Part shown: positions 49,233-59,237 of the stretch, piece after piece
Position numbering within the stretch: position 1 is the first letter of the stretch
Layout of the letters: every line of letters starts with the position of its first letter
DNA from: Chloroflexota bacterium
Lineage (GTDB): Bacteria; Chloroflexota; Dehalococcoidia; Dehalococcoidales; UBA2162
Length of the DNA: 64,000 bases
Assembly: GCA_043804635.1 (NCBI GenBank)
Contig: JAZDIU010000089.1
Location: forward strand, 8,909 to 72,908
Direction of reading: 5' to 3'
Translations under genes and position numbers: made by a program
Notes under the pieces: generated by a model
Told to the model about the DNA's origin: nothing
What the model saw: the letters and a program-made list of their open reading frames with translations, nothing else
Databases searched by the model: none

Positions 49233-50564
49233 TCAGCCTCCAAGCATCTTGGATGGCAGCCAGGTAACCAGCCACGGGAAGTGAATCATCAATACGATTA
49301 AGACAGCCGTCGATGTGTAGAAGGGAAGCGCTCCAATTATGACGTCTCTGGTCGGACAGCCGTCAATCATCTGGGCAAGATAAAGGAGGTTAGCCATCGG
49401 CGGTGTTACCTGAGCGAACATAACCAGCAGTACGAGCAGAGTTCCAAACCAGACGCTTGCCATTGGCGGAGCACCGGGTGAGGTAGTAACTACCGAGTAG
49501 AGGACAGGTACTGTGAATATCAGAAAGACAAAGCCGTCAAGAGGTATCCCGACTATGACTAAGACCAGGACAATAATATACATAAGTGGAATGTAGCCGA
49601 GATTGGCGTGGGCTATCAAGCCGCCTATTGCCTTACTAATTTCAGTCAGTGCTAGAGTATGACTGAAAATAAAGGCTCCCACCAGTAACATAAGTACCAT
49701 TCCTGAAGTTCTTACGGTGCTGAGCAGAGCATCATTGAAAGTAACCCAGGTCAGCCGCCTGTATGCCAGGCAAACAATCATCACCGTGAAGGCACCAATG
49801 CCAGCGGCTTCAGTAGGACCGAACCATCCTAGATAGATACCGCCAATTAATACTAAGAAGATAATGGCGATGGGGATGAGAGTCGCAGAACTCTTGATTT
49901 TTTCTTTAAAAGTAAAGTGCACGTCGGGTGGCAGCATTGGAGCATCAGCCGGTCGTAATGTGACCCAGACGTAAACGACCAGCATAAAAAGAAGGGTTAA
50001 TATGATGCCAGGGATAACGCCGGCGATAAATAGTTTACCTACCGATTCGTCAGTGAGTAGCGCGTAATAGATGGCTATCGTACTCGGGGGAATTAAATTC
50101 GAAAGCATCGCGCCGGAGGCTATTGAGCCGGTTCTCAGGGCAGCGCTATATCCGTAGCGCTTCATTTCTGGTAGTGAAATACCGCCGATGGTAGCGGCAG
50201 ATGCAAGAGCGGAACCGGTAACCGTCCCGAAGATAGCCTGGGCAACGATGGCAACATCGGCGAGACTACCCTTCACCCTGGCAAGCCATTTCATACAAGA
50301 ATCGTAGGCGTCTCTCCCCAGTCCGGCTTTTTCGACCCAGGCTCCCATTAAGAGAAAGAGCGGAACCATTGACATCGCATATTCGGCGGTCCGGGTAAAG
50401 GCGGACCCGCCGATAAATTTTATAGCGCGTATATCTCCGTAATAGAGAATGGCGAAGCTGACGCCAATAGCGCCCAGTACAATAAAGATGTGCATCCCCG
50501 TCATAGCCAGGGCACACAAAAGCGTCATCTCGATGACGCCCCAAACCCAATTAGGCTCTACCAT
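49233..50564 (-). CDS. dctM: TRAP transporter large permease, copy 2
   Basis: Paralog of 43820-45148. Confidence 0.93.
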   Translation of the reverse strand: MVEPNWVWGVIEMTLLCALAMTGMHIFIVLGAIGVSFAILYYGDIRAIKFIGGSAFTRTAEYAMSMVPLFLLMGAWVEKAGLGRDAYDSCMKWLARVKGSLADVAIVAQAIFGTVTGSALASAATIGGISLPEMKRYGYSAALRTGSIASGAMLSNLIPPSTIAIYYALLTDESVGKLFIAGVIPGIILTLLFMLVVYVWVTLRPADAPMLPPDVHFTFKEKIKSSATLIPIAIIFLVLIGGIYLGWFGPTEAAGIGAFTVMIVCLAYRRLTWVTFNDALLSTVRTSGMVLMLLVGAFIFSHTLALTEISKAIGGLIAHANLGYIPLMYIIVLVLVIVGIPLDGFVFLIFTVPVLYSVVTTSPGAPPMASVWFGTLLVLLVMFAQVTPPMANLLYLAQMIDGCPTRDVIIGALPFYTSTAVLIVLMIHFPWLVTWLPSKMLGG

Positions 50565-50571
50565 TTAAAAA

Positions 50572-51141
50572 TTATCCTCTTGATTCAGTCTTAAGATAAG
50601 GCTCGGCGGCAAATTTCTTGCCCATAGCTTTACTGACCAGTCCAACGAGTGAACGAGAAAGAACCAGAAAAACATGAGCCATTACGATAACAAAGATAAT
50701 GGCGAATGGTGTTAATGGTAGCCGCATTATTTGCGTTGTGCCGCCGCGTGTAATAAAGGAGATAGTCTGAAGCAATAATCCCCAGACAAGAATAGCAATG
50801 TAAGCCGCACCTACGAAAGTAACAACCGCATCTAAAATATCCCTGTTTCGCGGCTTCATACCGTCTCTGAACAGCCCGATGCGTATATGACCGGCAGAAT
50901 ACCAGGTGTAGGCACAGGCACAAGCAGTCAACACGACCATTGACATTTGCGTAATTTCATAGGCACCGATGATACCTCCACCCAATGTCCACCCAAGGAC
51001 AACCAGTACTTTGCGGATGGTTACCATCATAACGTTTATTACCATCATAACGATTAATGTGATGCGGGCTATCACGGTCAACCCTAAAGCCCCTTTATAA
51101 AGGAAGAACTCGGAGTACCACTTGCCTATCTTGCTTAACAA
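50572..51141 (-). CDS. dctQ: TRAP transporter small permease, copy 2
   Basis: Paralog of 45169-45729; TTG 51141 after AGGAG aligns with the paralog start. Confidence 0.85.
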   Translation of the reverse strand: MLSKIGKWYSEFFLYKGALGLTVIARITLIVMMVINVMMVTIRKVLVVLGWTLGGGIIGAYEITQMSMVVLTACACAYTWYSAGHIRIGLFRDGMKPRNRDILDAVVTFVGAAYIAILVWGLLLQTISFITRGGTTQIMRLPLTPFAIIFVIVMAHVFLVLSRSLVGLVSKAMGKKFAAEPYLKTESRG

Positions 51142-51157
51142 TTTATTCTCCTGCGTA

Positions 51158-51193
51158 AGGAGAGGCAATAGCATCTAACCATTGCCTCTCCTC
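51158..51193. terminator. Hairpin between dctP2 and dctQ2
   Basis: aggagaggcaat...attgcctctcct. Confidence 0.7.
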
Positions 51194-51223
51194 CGAGCAA
51201 CTAAACAGTGTTAGATATGAGTT

Positions 51224-52534
51224 TTAAGGTTTGAATGTATTACCATCTAATGTATGTAGTCCGGTCTGGTTTGAGTAAGCCTTATAACCAATACCCCAGG
51301 TGCTGGTTGGTTTTCCCCAGACCGCATCCCAATCCGCTGCCCATTTCACTCTGGCAGTGTCGTCGGGAGCTAATTGAGACTCTATAGGTACCGGGGCTGG
51401 TGCGACATACTTAGCGTGAGCATCGGCATAAAGTTTAATAATTGCTGCCGCGTCGGCTCCGCGCTTATAAAGCTTCTCCATTTCAGCAATCCACTCATCA
51501 TTCTGCTTGGACTGTAGGACATCGAATTTTGCCTTTTCTTCATCAGACCATCTGATTATTTGTATGCCTCGCTTAGCACATTCTTTCTCGTAAACCGGAA
51601 CAGTGGCATCGATAAACTGGGCAAAATATACCGAAGCCCAACGCCAGGTTAGAAAATCAAACATCTCCTGAAGGTCCTTGGGCAATCTATCATGTTTCTC
51701 ACGATTCATAACTGCATTTTCAGTTGCGGCAGACCTCACTACTCCACCCATATCCATAAAATAGCCGGGCTTAAAGGTTTCGGGCCAATTAAAGAGGAAG
51801 ACGCCATTGTAAGCCCAGGAGCCGCCGTCAGCCATACCTTTTTGTAATGCTTCGTAGCCATCGACGTTGGAGATAGGAACTACTATTGCTCCCGCCGCCG
51901 AAAGCAATCTGATGGTATTGGTATCGGTTGACATTAATGTCAATCCCTTCAGATCAGCCATAGTTCGGGCCGGTTTCTTAGCGGTAACGATAAGCTGAGG
52001 AGTACTGGCAAAGGGGCCAACGTTGATAAGATTCATAGCAGCATAATCTTTATCCAGAGTTTCCCACAGTGGGAACCAGCCAATCATAATGGATTCTATG
52101 GCAGTCGTTTCACCGGGTAATGGAGGCAGTTTGAATACGTCCATCAGAGGCAGGATTCCTTTCTGAAGCCGGGTGCCGTAACCTAAGTCAGCAATGCCCG
52201 CTGACACCTGGCTTTCGGCGATGGGGAAATTTAGTAGTGAGCCGTTAGGATACCCGATAACTTGCAAACGGCCGTTGGTGGCGGCGTCAACCGCTTTTAT
52301 CCATAGGCCCATTTCCGGGTTTGTGCCGAAATAGCCGGGTTTATGAGCGCGATAGTCACCATATTTAAGCTTTATGGGCTGGAAGGTCGTTGTTGGTGTA
52401 GTTGGCGTAGTCGGAGTTGTGGGAATAGTTGGTGTAGTTGGCGTGGTTGGATTTGTCGGGCCGCAACCAATCAGACCCGGGAGGAATGAAAAGAGAACCA
52501 ATACAGTGATAATTAGACCCAGTTTCTTCATCAA
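51224..52534 (-). CDS. dctP: TRAP solute-binding lipoprotein with PTT linker, copy 2
   Basis: LIGC lipobox, (PTT)n, TNGRLQV..YP, YEALQKGMADG. Confidence 0.85.
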   Translation of the reverse strand: MMKKLGLIITVLVLFSFLPGLIGCGPTNPTTPTTPTIPTTPTTPTTPTTTFQPIKLKYGDYRAHKPGYFGTNPEMGLWIKAVDAATNGRLQVIGYPNGSLLNFPIAESQVSAGIADLGYGTRLQKGILPLMDVFKLPPLPGETTAIESIMIGWFPLWETLDKDYAAMNLINVGPFASTPQLIVTAKKPARTMADLKGLTLMSTDTNTIRLLSAAGAIVVPISNVDGYEALQKGMADGGSWAYNGVFLFNWPETFKPGYFMDMGGVVRSAATENAVMNREKHDRLPKDLQEMFDFLTWRWASVYFAQFIDATVPVYEKECAKRGIQIIRWSDEEKAKFDVLQSKQNDEWIAEMEKLYKRGADAAAIIKLYADAHAKYVAPAPVPIESQLAPDDTARVKWAADWDAVWGKPTSTWGIGYKAYSNQTGLHTLDGNTFKP

Positions 52535-52619
52535 TAACCCCCTTTGATTTTGTCGAATGACATATTATACTCTCTTCTTTTTTCAAATGCTAATTTTCCC
52601 CTAAGTGACTCAAAAACAA

Positions 52620-52835
52620 TTACTTACGGACTATCATCATCGGCAACGGAATTCTTGTCCGGATTGCTCCCTCGACGGGACACTCTTGAACGCAGGCACT
52701 GCAATGCCAGCATTCATCAGGATAAGTGATAACCGGAATCTGGCGTTCCTTCGAGCCAAAGAATACGTCTTCCGAGCAGACGTCAACACACTTGCCGCAA
52801 CTGATACATTTGGCCTTATTTATTACGGGTGGCAT
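52620..52835 (-). CDS. AprB-like 2x[4Fe-4S] ferredoxin
   Basis: MPPVI..KCISCGKCVDVC...PDECWHCSACVQECP. Confidence 0.88.
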   Translation of the reverse strand: MPPVINKAKCISCGKCVDVCSEDVFFGSKERQIPVITYPDECWHCSACVQECPVEGAIRTRIPLPMMIVRK

Positions 52836-52859
52836 AATTCCCTCCTATATTGCCCGGTG

Positions 52860-54500
52860 TTATTTCCACTCTGTGACTGGCTGCCCATTGATTCTCTTAA
52901 CAATTAGTTCCTTATCCAGTAGCGGGTTGGCATATGGATAATCGGTGCGGATGTGCAAGCCCCTGGTCTCTTGTCTGGTATTGGCGGCAATTAATACCAG
53001 TTCACCTAAATCAAATAGATTCAGCACCTCCAGGCTGCGGGCTAGCTCGTGCGGGTTTCCAGCTATCATCGTGTCATACGCCTTTTTCTTTAACCTTCGT
53101 AAATGAGTAAGGCCTGCTTCCAGCATAGTCTCCGACCGAACCGAGCCAGCATAGTCATTCATCACCTGATTGAGAGCATTTTTTGCCTCTTTCCAGTCAG
53201 GACCGTCCTCTCGTTTTCGGATTTTATCAACCAGGCTCACGGCGGCTTTGATTTTATCGTTTACCTTGCTCGCCTTTTGAGTCCGGGCTATTTTAGCATA
53301 CCGGGCAGCATTCTCTCCGGCAATCCAGCCAAAGGCCGCTGCCCCAGAAATACCTTCACCACTGGGCGATTCATCACCGGCAGCGTATAACCCTTTTATC
53401 GATGCTTCGGCATTCACGTTGGTGACGATACTCCCCCTGGGTCTCAAACCGTAGGTCATAAATTCAATCGGAGTTTTTCTGAGGTCGATGCCTTCATCTT
53501 TCAAATGATTCAATAAAGCATGCATTCCTTCCTGTTTCATCCAGCGCATCATGTATTCTAAGTCCGCGTCCGAGAGACCTCTTAAATCCATATAAAGAGG
53601 TCCCCTACCCGTACTGGCATAGTCTGAGAAGATTTCTTTTCTTGTCTCTATTATCATATCGCTGAGCATTCTGTCAGGCTTGGTAACGAATGGCCCTACT
53701 GGCTTGCCGTATGGGTCTCTGACAACTCCTGTCCAGGTTGCCTGACCGGACCTGACGAAGTATTTGGGACCGGCGTGTCTCCCCATCATTTCCATATTGC
53801 ATAGCTCACTGCCCACCCGGTATGCCATAGCTCGTCCATCACCGGAGTCGCAGCTACTTCCGCGAGACCCATTACCCATCCAGCCAGGTGTTTCAGATGG
53901 ATATAATCTTCCCGATGCCCCCGTCCCCAGTATCACACTTCTGGCACTGAACTCTATTAACCTATCCTCTCTGGTATGAACGCCGATAGCTCCGTTTATG
54001 CTGTCATCGCCGAGCAGTTCAAAGACCATCACCCGGTTTATTATCTTCACGCCTCTTTTAGTGGCTTCTTTGGTTAAAACAGGTTTCTGCATTTGCCCGC
54101 TATATTTCAAATGGGACCTGGTTTTTTGGCCTGGAAAGAAATGCCCGGAAAATTCATACCTGCCTTCGTATTTCATCGGAATGCCCCAGCGATTCCAGAG
54201 TTTCACAATATCGGGTGTCTTTTTGAACCAGGCGATTACCTTTTCCGGTTGTCTTATTCTTCCGCCCCACTGCCCGAGCGCCCAGTCCCGCATTACAGGC
54301 ATAACGTCCGGTCCGTGGACTTCCGGAATGTAGCAGGAAAAATGGTCGTTGCCGACACCGCCGGCACCGCTGTGTACCGTGTTGGCTTTCTCGGCAACTA
54401 CCACCTTTGCTCCTGACTCTACAGCGCTTATCGCTGCCATTAAGCCAGCTATACCGCCGCCTATACAGAGGACATCAGCCTCTACTTTTTCGGTTTTCAT
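52860..54500 (-). CDS. AprA/SdhA-superfamily FAD-dependent oxidoreductase
   Basis: GGGIAG, EKA...SGAG, GDGRAMAY, GLYAAGD, RQETRGLH.RTDYP. Confidence 0.85.
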   Translation of the reverse strand: MKTEKVEADVLCIGGGIAGLMAAISAVESGAKVVVAEKANTVHSGAGGVGNDHFSCYIPEVHGPDVMPVMRDWALGQWGGRIRQPEKVIAWFKKTPDIVKLWNRWGIPMKYEGRYEFSGHFFPGQKTRSHLKYSGQMQKPVLTKEATKRGVKIINRVMVFELLGDDSINGAIGVHTREDRLIEFSARSVILGTGASGRLYPSETPGWMGNGSRGSSCDSGDGRAMAYRVGSELCNMEMMGRHAGPKYFVRSGQATWTGVVRDPYGKPVGPFVTKPDRMLSDMIIETRKEIFSDYASTGRGPLYMDLRGLSDADLEYMMRWMKQEGMHALLNHLKDEGIDLRKTPIEFMTYGLRPRGSIVTNVNAEASIKGLYAAGDESPSGEGISGAAAFGWIAGENAARYAKIARTQKASKVNDKIKAAVSLVDKIRKREDGPDWKEAKNALNQVMNDYAGSVRSETMLEAGLTHLRRLKKKAYDTMIAGNPHELARSLEVLNLFDLGELVLIAANTRQETRGLHIRTDYPYANPLLDKELIVKRINGQPVTEWK

Positions 54501-54649
54501 AAATTGCCATCCTTATCGACGTGGCACTTAAAGCAAGGCATTGATTTGGAATTACTTATGCTTCTACCGCACCTGTCAATTATTATAGCGATAGACGAAG
54601 TAACGGAATCTGGATTATAATAGTCTAAATCGAGGAAGTCAAATTAGTA

Positions 54650-55462
54650 ATGCCAGTTCTTTATGTTGTAGCTACCCCTATTGGCAATCTAGAAGATATT
54701 TCCTTACGTGCTCTCAGGATTTTACGTGAGGTTAAACTCATTGCGGCAGAGGATACCCGCACCACTAAGAAGCTTCTAAATACGTATAATATCAAGACAC
54801 CTATGACCAGCTACTTTGAACATAACAAATTGACCAAGATGGACTATATTATAGATTGTCTCGAAAAGGGTGATGTGGCTCTGGTGTCCGAGGCGGGCAC
54901 GCCGGGAATTTCGGACCCGGGACATGAGCTTATCGTAGCGGCTATAGAGCGGGGCATACCAGTGGTAGCTATTCCGGGACCATCGGCGATTATTTCAGCC
55001 CTTACCGTATCGGCTCTGCCCGTCGATAGATTTCTTTATCTGGGCTTCCTGCCCCGAGGTGTTAATAGTCGACGGCGAGTTCTGGAGGGCATCAGTCACG
55101 AATCCGGTGCTATCGTTATTCTGGAATCTCCACACCGTTTGATAGCTGCCTTGAAGGATATGCTTTTTGTTCTGGGCAACAGGAGAATAGTAGTCTGCCG
55201 CGAACTGACTAAGCTTTACGAAGAAGTTTTTCGCGGCAGCGTTAGCCAGAGTATAGAGCACTTTACTGAACCCAGGGGTGAGTTTACCCTGGTCATCGAA
55301 GGTAAGCGAGAAATAGAGAAGCCTGAGCTAACCGGTGACATCGAACAAAAACTGCGAAAAATGAGATTATCTGGTATATTAGCCAAAGAAGCGGTCGGTA
55401 GAATGGCTAAAGAAACCGGGTTATCGAAGAAAGAGCTTTACCGAGCCTGGCTTAAACTATAA
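54650..55462 (+). CDS. rsmI: 16S rRNA C1402 2'-O-methyltransferase
   Basis: LYVVATPIGNLEDI, AEDTR, AGTPGISDPG, ESPHR, RELTKLYEE. Confidence 0.96.
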   Translation: MPVLYVVATPIGNLEDISLRALRILREVKLIAAEDTRTTKKLLNTYNIKTPMTSYFEHNKLTKMDYIIDCLEKGDVALVSEAGTPGISDPGHELIVAAIERGIPVVAIPGPSAIISALTVSALPVDRFLYLGFLPRGVNSRRRVLEGISHESGAIVILESPHRLIAALKDMLFVLGNRRIVVCRELTKLYEEVFRGSVSQSIEHFTEPRGEFTLVIEGKREIEKPELTGDIEQKLRKMRLSGILAKEAVGRMAKETGLSKKELYRAWLKL

Positions 55463-55477
55463 TAAGGAGATGAAAAG

Positions 55478-55702
55478 ATGAGACGTGGATGTATTGCTAT
55501 GCAAGAGGTCGTTTGTGACAGTTGTCATCGCACCATACAACCGGCTGAGCGCTATTTAGCCGTCGATGAAGAAAAAAAGGCTGAGGTCGAAAAGGGGAAA
55601 ACGAAGCATTATTGTATCGATTGTGCTCTGAAGAAGGATTACGCTCATTATAAAGAGGAAAAAGGCGAGAAAATACTGACTTTCTTTCCTAAAAGCTACT
55701 AG
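55478..55702 (+). CDS. Small zinc-finger protein
   Basis: CDSC...YCIDC; AAGGAG RBS. Confidence 0.75.
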   Translation: MRRGCIAMQEVVCDSCHRTIQPAERYLAVDEEKKAEVEKGKTKHYCIDCALKKDYAHYKEEKGEKILTFFPKSY

Positions 55703-55716
55703 TCGAGGACTCAAGT

Positions 55717-57393
55717 ATGACTGAGAAAATTCTTATCGGCGTAGCCTGGCCTTATGCTAACGGTCCGCTTCATCTGGGACATATCGCCGGGGCATACCTG
55801 CCGGCGGACATTTTTGCCCGCTATCATCGGGCTAAGGGAAACGATGTGCTTATGGTGTCCGGTTCCGACCAGCACGGGACGCCGATAACCATTACCGCTG
55901 AACAGGAAGGGAAAAAACCGGCCGAAGTGGCTGACCACTATCACAAAGATTTTCTCGAATCGTGGAGGAAACTCGGAATTTCCTTCAACTTGTATACTTC
56001 GACCGGGACCCAAAATCATCAGGAAGTTACTCACGATATTTTCTTGACTCTGCTTAAAAAAGGTTACATCTATAAATCGACGATGTCCCAGCCGTATTGT
56101 CCCTCTTGCAAGAGGTTTTTGCCCGACCGTTATGTCGAGGGTACCTGTCCGTTTTGCGGTAATCCCCGGGCTAGGGGCGACCAGTGCGAACAGTGCGGTA
56201 AGCCTTTGAATGCTTCCGAGCTTATTAATCCCCGATGCGGCCAGTGCGGCACTCCTCCCCAATTTAAAGAATCAGAGCATTTTTTCCTCAAGCTGACCGC
56301 CTTTCAGGACCAATTACTCGATTGGGTGAAAAAACAGACTCACTGGAGGCAAAACGTCATCGGTTTTACTTCACATTACCTTGAAGAAGGGCTGAAGGAT
56401 AGAGCTATCACCCGGGACATTGATTGGGGTGTGCCAGTGCCGGTTAAAGGTTTCGAAGCAAAGCGTATTTATGTTTGGTTCGAGGCGGTTATCGGTTATC
56501 TTTCCGCCAGTAAGGAATGGGCTAAATCCAGCGGAGATAGCGAAAAATGGCGTGCTTTCTGGCAAGGCGGAGAGTCTAAAAGCTACTATTTCATCGGCAA
56601 GGATAATATAGTATTTCATACCATCATCTGGCCGGCGATGCTAATGGGTTATGGCGGTCTTAATCTACCCAGCGACGTGCCGGCTAACGAGTTTCTAACG
56701 ATTGAAGGTAAAAAGCTTTCCACCAGTCGCCATTGGGCGGTATGGGTGCCCGATTACCTTGCCCGGTACGACCCGGACTCATTGCGCTATTTCCTTTCAA
56801 TAAATATGCCGGAAACGTCCGACACCGATTTTTCCTGGCGGGAACTTTTCCGCCGGAATAATGATGAACTGGTGGCTACATATGGCAATTTAGTCCACCG
56901 GGTGCTTACCTTTGTCTATCGGAACTTCAACGGCAGTGTCCCTGAACCAGGAAAGCTGGACGAGTCAAGCGAAGCGCTTCTCGAGCGGGCTAGAGATACC
57001 CTGTGTAAAGTCGATGAGCTGCTTAGTGGTTGTCATTTCCGTGAGGCGGTAAGACAAGCAATGGCGCTGGCTCAGGAAACCAATCGCTATCTGGATGAAA
57101 AGTCTCCCTGGAAGGTAATTAAGGAAAACCGGCAGGCTTCGGCAATGGCGCTTTATACCGCAATCATTGTGATTTCCTGCCTCAAAACTATTTTCTATCC
57201 ATTCCTGCCTTTCAGTGCTCAAAAGCTGCACGAATATCTTGGTTTTACCGGCAAAGTTGAGGACTATGGCTGGCAATTGACTGTACCATCGCCCGGGCAA
57301 AAGTTGACCCCCCCACAGCCTTTATTTATCAAATTGGATGAGAAGCTGGCTGAAGAAGAAACCGCCAGGTTGGGGAGGGATTCTTGGAGTTAA
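55717..57393 (+). CDS. metG: Methionyl-tRNA synthetase
   Basis: PYANGPLHLGH, zinc knuckles, YVWFEA, KLSTS. Confidence 0.97.
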   Translation: MTEKILIGVAWPYANGPLHLGHIAGAYLPADIFARYHRAKGNDVLMVSGSDQHGTPITITAEQEGKKPAEVADHYHKDFLESWRKLGISFNLYTSTGTQNHQEVTHDIFLTLLKKGYIYKSTMSQPYCPSCKRFLPDRYVEGTCPFCGNPRARGDQCEQCGKPLNASELINPRCGQCGTPPQFKESEHFFLKLTAFQDQLLDWVKKQTHWRQNVIGFTSHYLEEGLKDRAITRDIDWGVPVPVKGFEAKRIYVWFEAVIGYLSASKEWAKSSGDSEKWRAFWQGGESKSYYFIGKDNIVFHTIIWPAMLMGYGGLNLPSDVPANEFLTIEGKKLSTSRHWAVWVPDYLARYDPDSLRYFLSINMPETSDTDFSWRELFRRNNDELVATYGNLVHRVLTFVYRNFNGSVPEPGKLDESSEALLERARDTLCKVDELLSGCHFREAVRQAMALAQETNRYLDEKSPWKVIKENRQASAMALYTAIIVISCLKTIFYPFLPFSAQKLHEYLGFTGKVEDYGWQLTVPSPGQKLTPPQPLFIKLDEKLAEEETARLGRDSWS

Positions 57394-58352
57394 ACGCAAT
57401 TTACGCCCCGGTTCATCAAGACCTGGACAAGGTAGACGAAAAGTTAAAAACACTGTGCCAGACCGACTTTCCCGAGGTGTCCAAGCTGCTGGATTATAGT
57501 TTGAAAAGCGAGGGTAAGAGAATTCGCCCGGCGCTCACTTTACTGGCCGGCAAGTTTTACGATTACAATCTCGATTATCTTTTGCCGATGGCCGCTGCCG
57601 CGGAAATGATGCATATTGCCACATTAGTTCACGACGATGCCATCGATAACGCCTCGACGCGCCGGGGTAGAGTAACCGTCAACAAACTGTGGGGTGAGGA
57701 TAAGGCAGTGCTGCTCGGCGATTACCTGTTTGCCGAGGCGGGCGGTCTTGTTGCCAGTACCGGTAATCTACTGGTAATCAAGCTTTTTGCCTCCACTCTT
57801 AAAACAATTTCCGCCGGAGAGCTGAACCAGGGTTTTTCTGCTTTCCATTTAGAGCAGGAGCGCCGACAATATATTCGCCGGGTAGCGATGAAGACGGCTT
57901 CTCTCTTTACAATGGCAACCGAATCGGGAGCGGCTCTGAGCAAGGCTCCGGAAAAATCTATTCAAATTTTAATTGAATACGGTTATAACCTGGGTATTGC
58001 CTTTCAAATCGTGGACGATATCCTTGATTTTATCGGTACCGAGCAGGAACTCGGCAAGCCTGTGGGTTCCGACTTGACTCAGGGAACGCTTACTTTGCCG
58101 ATGATGCTTTTCATCGAGCATTACCCTGAAGACAATCCCATAAAAAAGGTCTTCAATGGCGAAGACAGGCAGGGAAATGTCAAACGGGCAATAGAAAAGA
58201 TTCGCGGAGACTCATCCATTATTCAGGAGTGTTACCAGCTTGCCTCGGAATATTGTGCCGCCGCCTGCCGTAACCTCAACCAATTGCCTGATAATGCAGC
58301 TCGGCAATCGCTAACCGGCCTTGCGGATTATATTATCCGAAGACGCAAATAG
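57384..58352 (+). CDS. Polyprenyl diphosphate synthase
   Basis: GKRIRP, HDDAID..RRG, FQIVDDILD, GKPVGSDL. Confidence 0.93.
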   Translation: MELNAIYAPVHQDLDKVDEKLKTLCQTDFPEVSKLLDYSLKSEGKRIRPALTLLAGKFYDYNLDYLLPMAAAAEMMHIATLVHDDAIDNASTRRGRVTVNKLWGEDKAVLLGDYLFAEAGGLVASTGNLLVIKLFASTLKTISAGELNQGFSAFHLEQERRQYIRRVAMKTASLFTMATESGAALSKAPEKSIQILIEYGYNLGIAFQIVDDILDFIGTEQELGKPVGSDLTQGTLTLPMMLFIEHYPEDNPIKKVFNGEDRQGNVKRAIEKIRGDSSIIQECYQLASEYCAAACRNLNQLPDNAARQSLTGLADYIIRRRK

Positions 58353-58655
58353 TTTTCACCCTTCGGTTCGAGTGCTGCCATCTGTATAGGTTTCTGTTTT
58401 GGGAGGGCATTATTTGCTTGATACGGTCGATAGTGCATTGACAGGCAGACAGCCTTCTTGACGATGGACTTAGGCATTGCAATCACCAGATTAATATCCT
58501 ACGTTAAGCTTACCGGTCCTATGGCATATTACCAGGTTCTCCAGTTGCCATTTTTGCCGGCTTCTCTGTTGTAGTTATCGTAGAAATAGCCAAATTCGTC
58601 GGCTACTACCGCCGAAAAATAGTTAAGTGAAGCCTCCAATACGGGGATTTCGAAA

Positions 58656-58702
58656 CCTGTCCTGACCTGTTCTGAGCATAGTCGAAGAAGCTTGTCGAAG
58701 GA
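58656..58702 (+). repeat. Nested double hairpin element A (intergenic, 47 bp)
   Basis: cctgtcctga[cctgttctgagcatagtcgaagaa]gcttgtcgaagga. Confidence 0.9.
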
Positions 58703-58716
58703 TTATGATTTCGGAT

Positions 58717-59166
58717 TTACTTAGTCGCCCTCTCCCACTTCGCCACCGCTTTGGTATTTATCCCGCCCCGCTCCTTGTATTCCGCCTCCACCACCATAGA
58801 GACCGGCTTGATCAGTTCCACCAAATCTTGAAGTATGCGGTTTACCGCGTGCTCCTGCAATGTACCCACATTGCGGTAAGACGTTAGATAGTATTTCAGA
58901 GACTTAAGCTCCACTAGCGACTGGTCAGGGATGTAGCTTATCTTAAGCCGGGCAAAATCGGGCAAGCCCGTCCAGGGACAGACCGCCGTAAACTCATCCG
59001 TCTCATAGACTACCTCAGTCTTTGAGTCCGGATATGAAGAAGGCTTGCCCTGACTTGTTCTGAGCATAGTCGAAGAAGCGTAGTCGAAGGGAATCGCTTC
59101 CAGCACCGCCACATCTATCGCATCTTCCTTCTGAATATCGAACCGCCGTGAAACGTATTTATCCAC
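58717..59166 (-). CDS. queF: preQ1 synthase (nitrile reductase) with 16-aa element-derived insert
   Basis: [27 protein letters not shown]. Confidence 0.94.
   Translation of the reverse strand: MDKYVSRRFDIQKEDAIDVAVLEAIPFDYASSTMLRTSQGKPSSYPDSKTEVVYETDEFTAVCPWTGLPDFARLKISYIPDQSLVELKSLKYYLTSYRNVGTLQEHAVNRILQDLVELIKPVSMVVEAEYKERGGINTKAVAKWERATK
59044..59091 (+). repeat. Nested double hairpin element A (24+24 bp) in frame in queF
   Basis: cttgccctga[cttgttctgagcatagtcgaagaa]gcgtagtcgaaggg. Confidence 0.9.
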
Positions 59167-59237
59167 AAAGACATTTTAACATCCTTCCTCGAAGGATTAA
59201 AGAGAAGGGTTATATTTGCCTGCCGGGATTAAATAAT

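Noticed and set aside
55711..56262. 183-aa minus-strand ORF (and similar ORFs opposite cysE, ftsH and nuoF)
   Set aside because: Shadows of well-supported genes.
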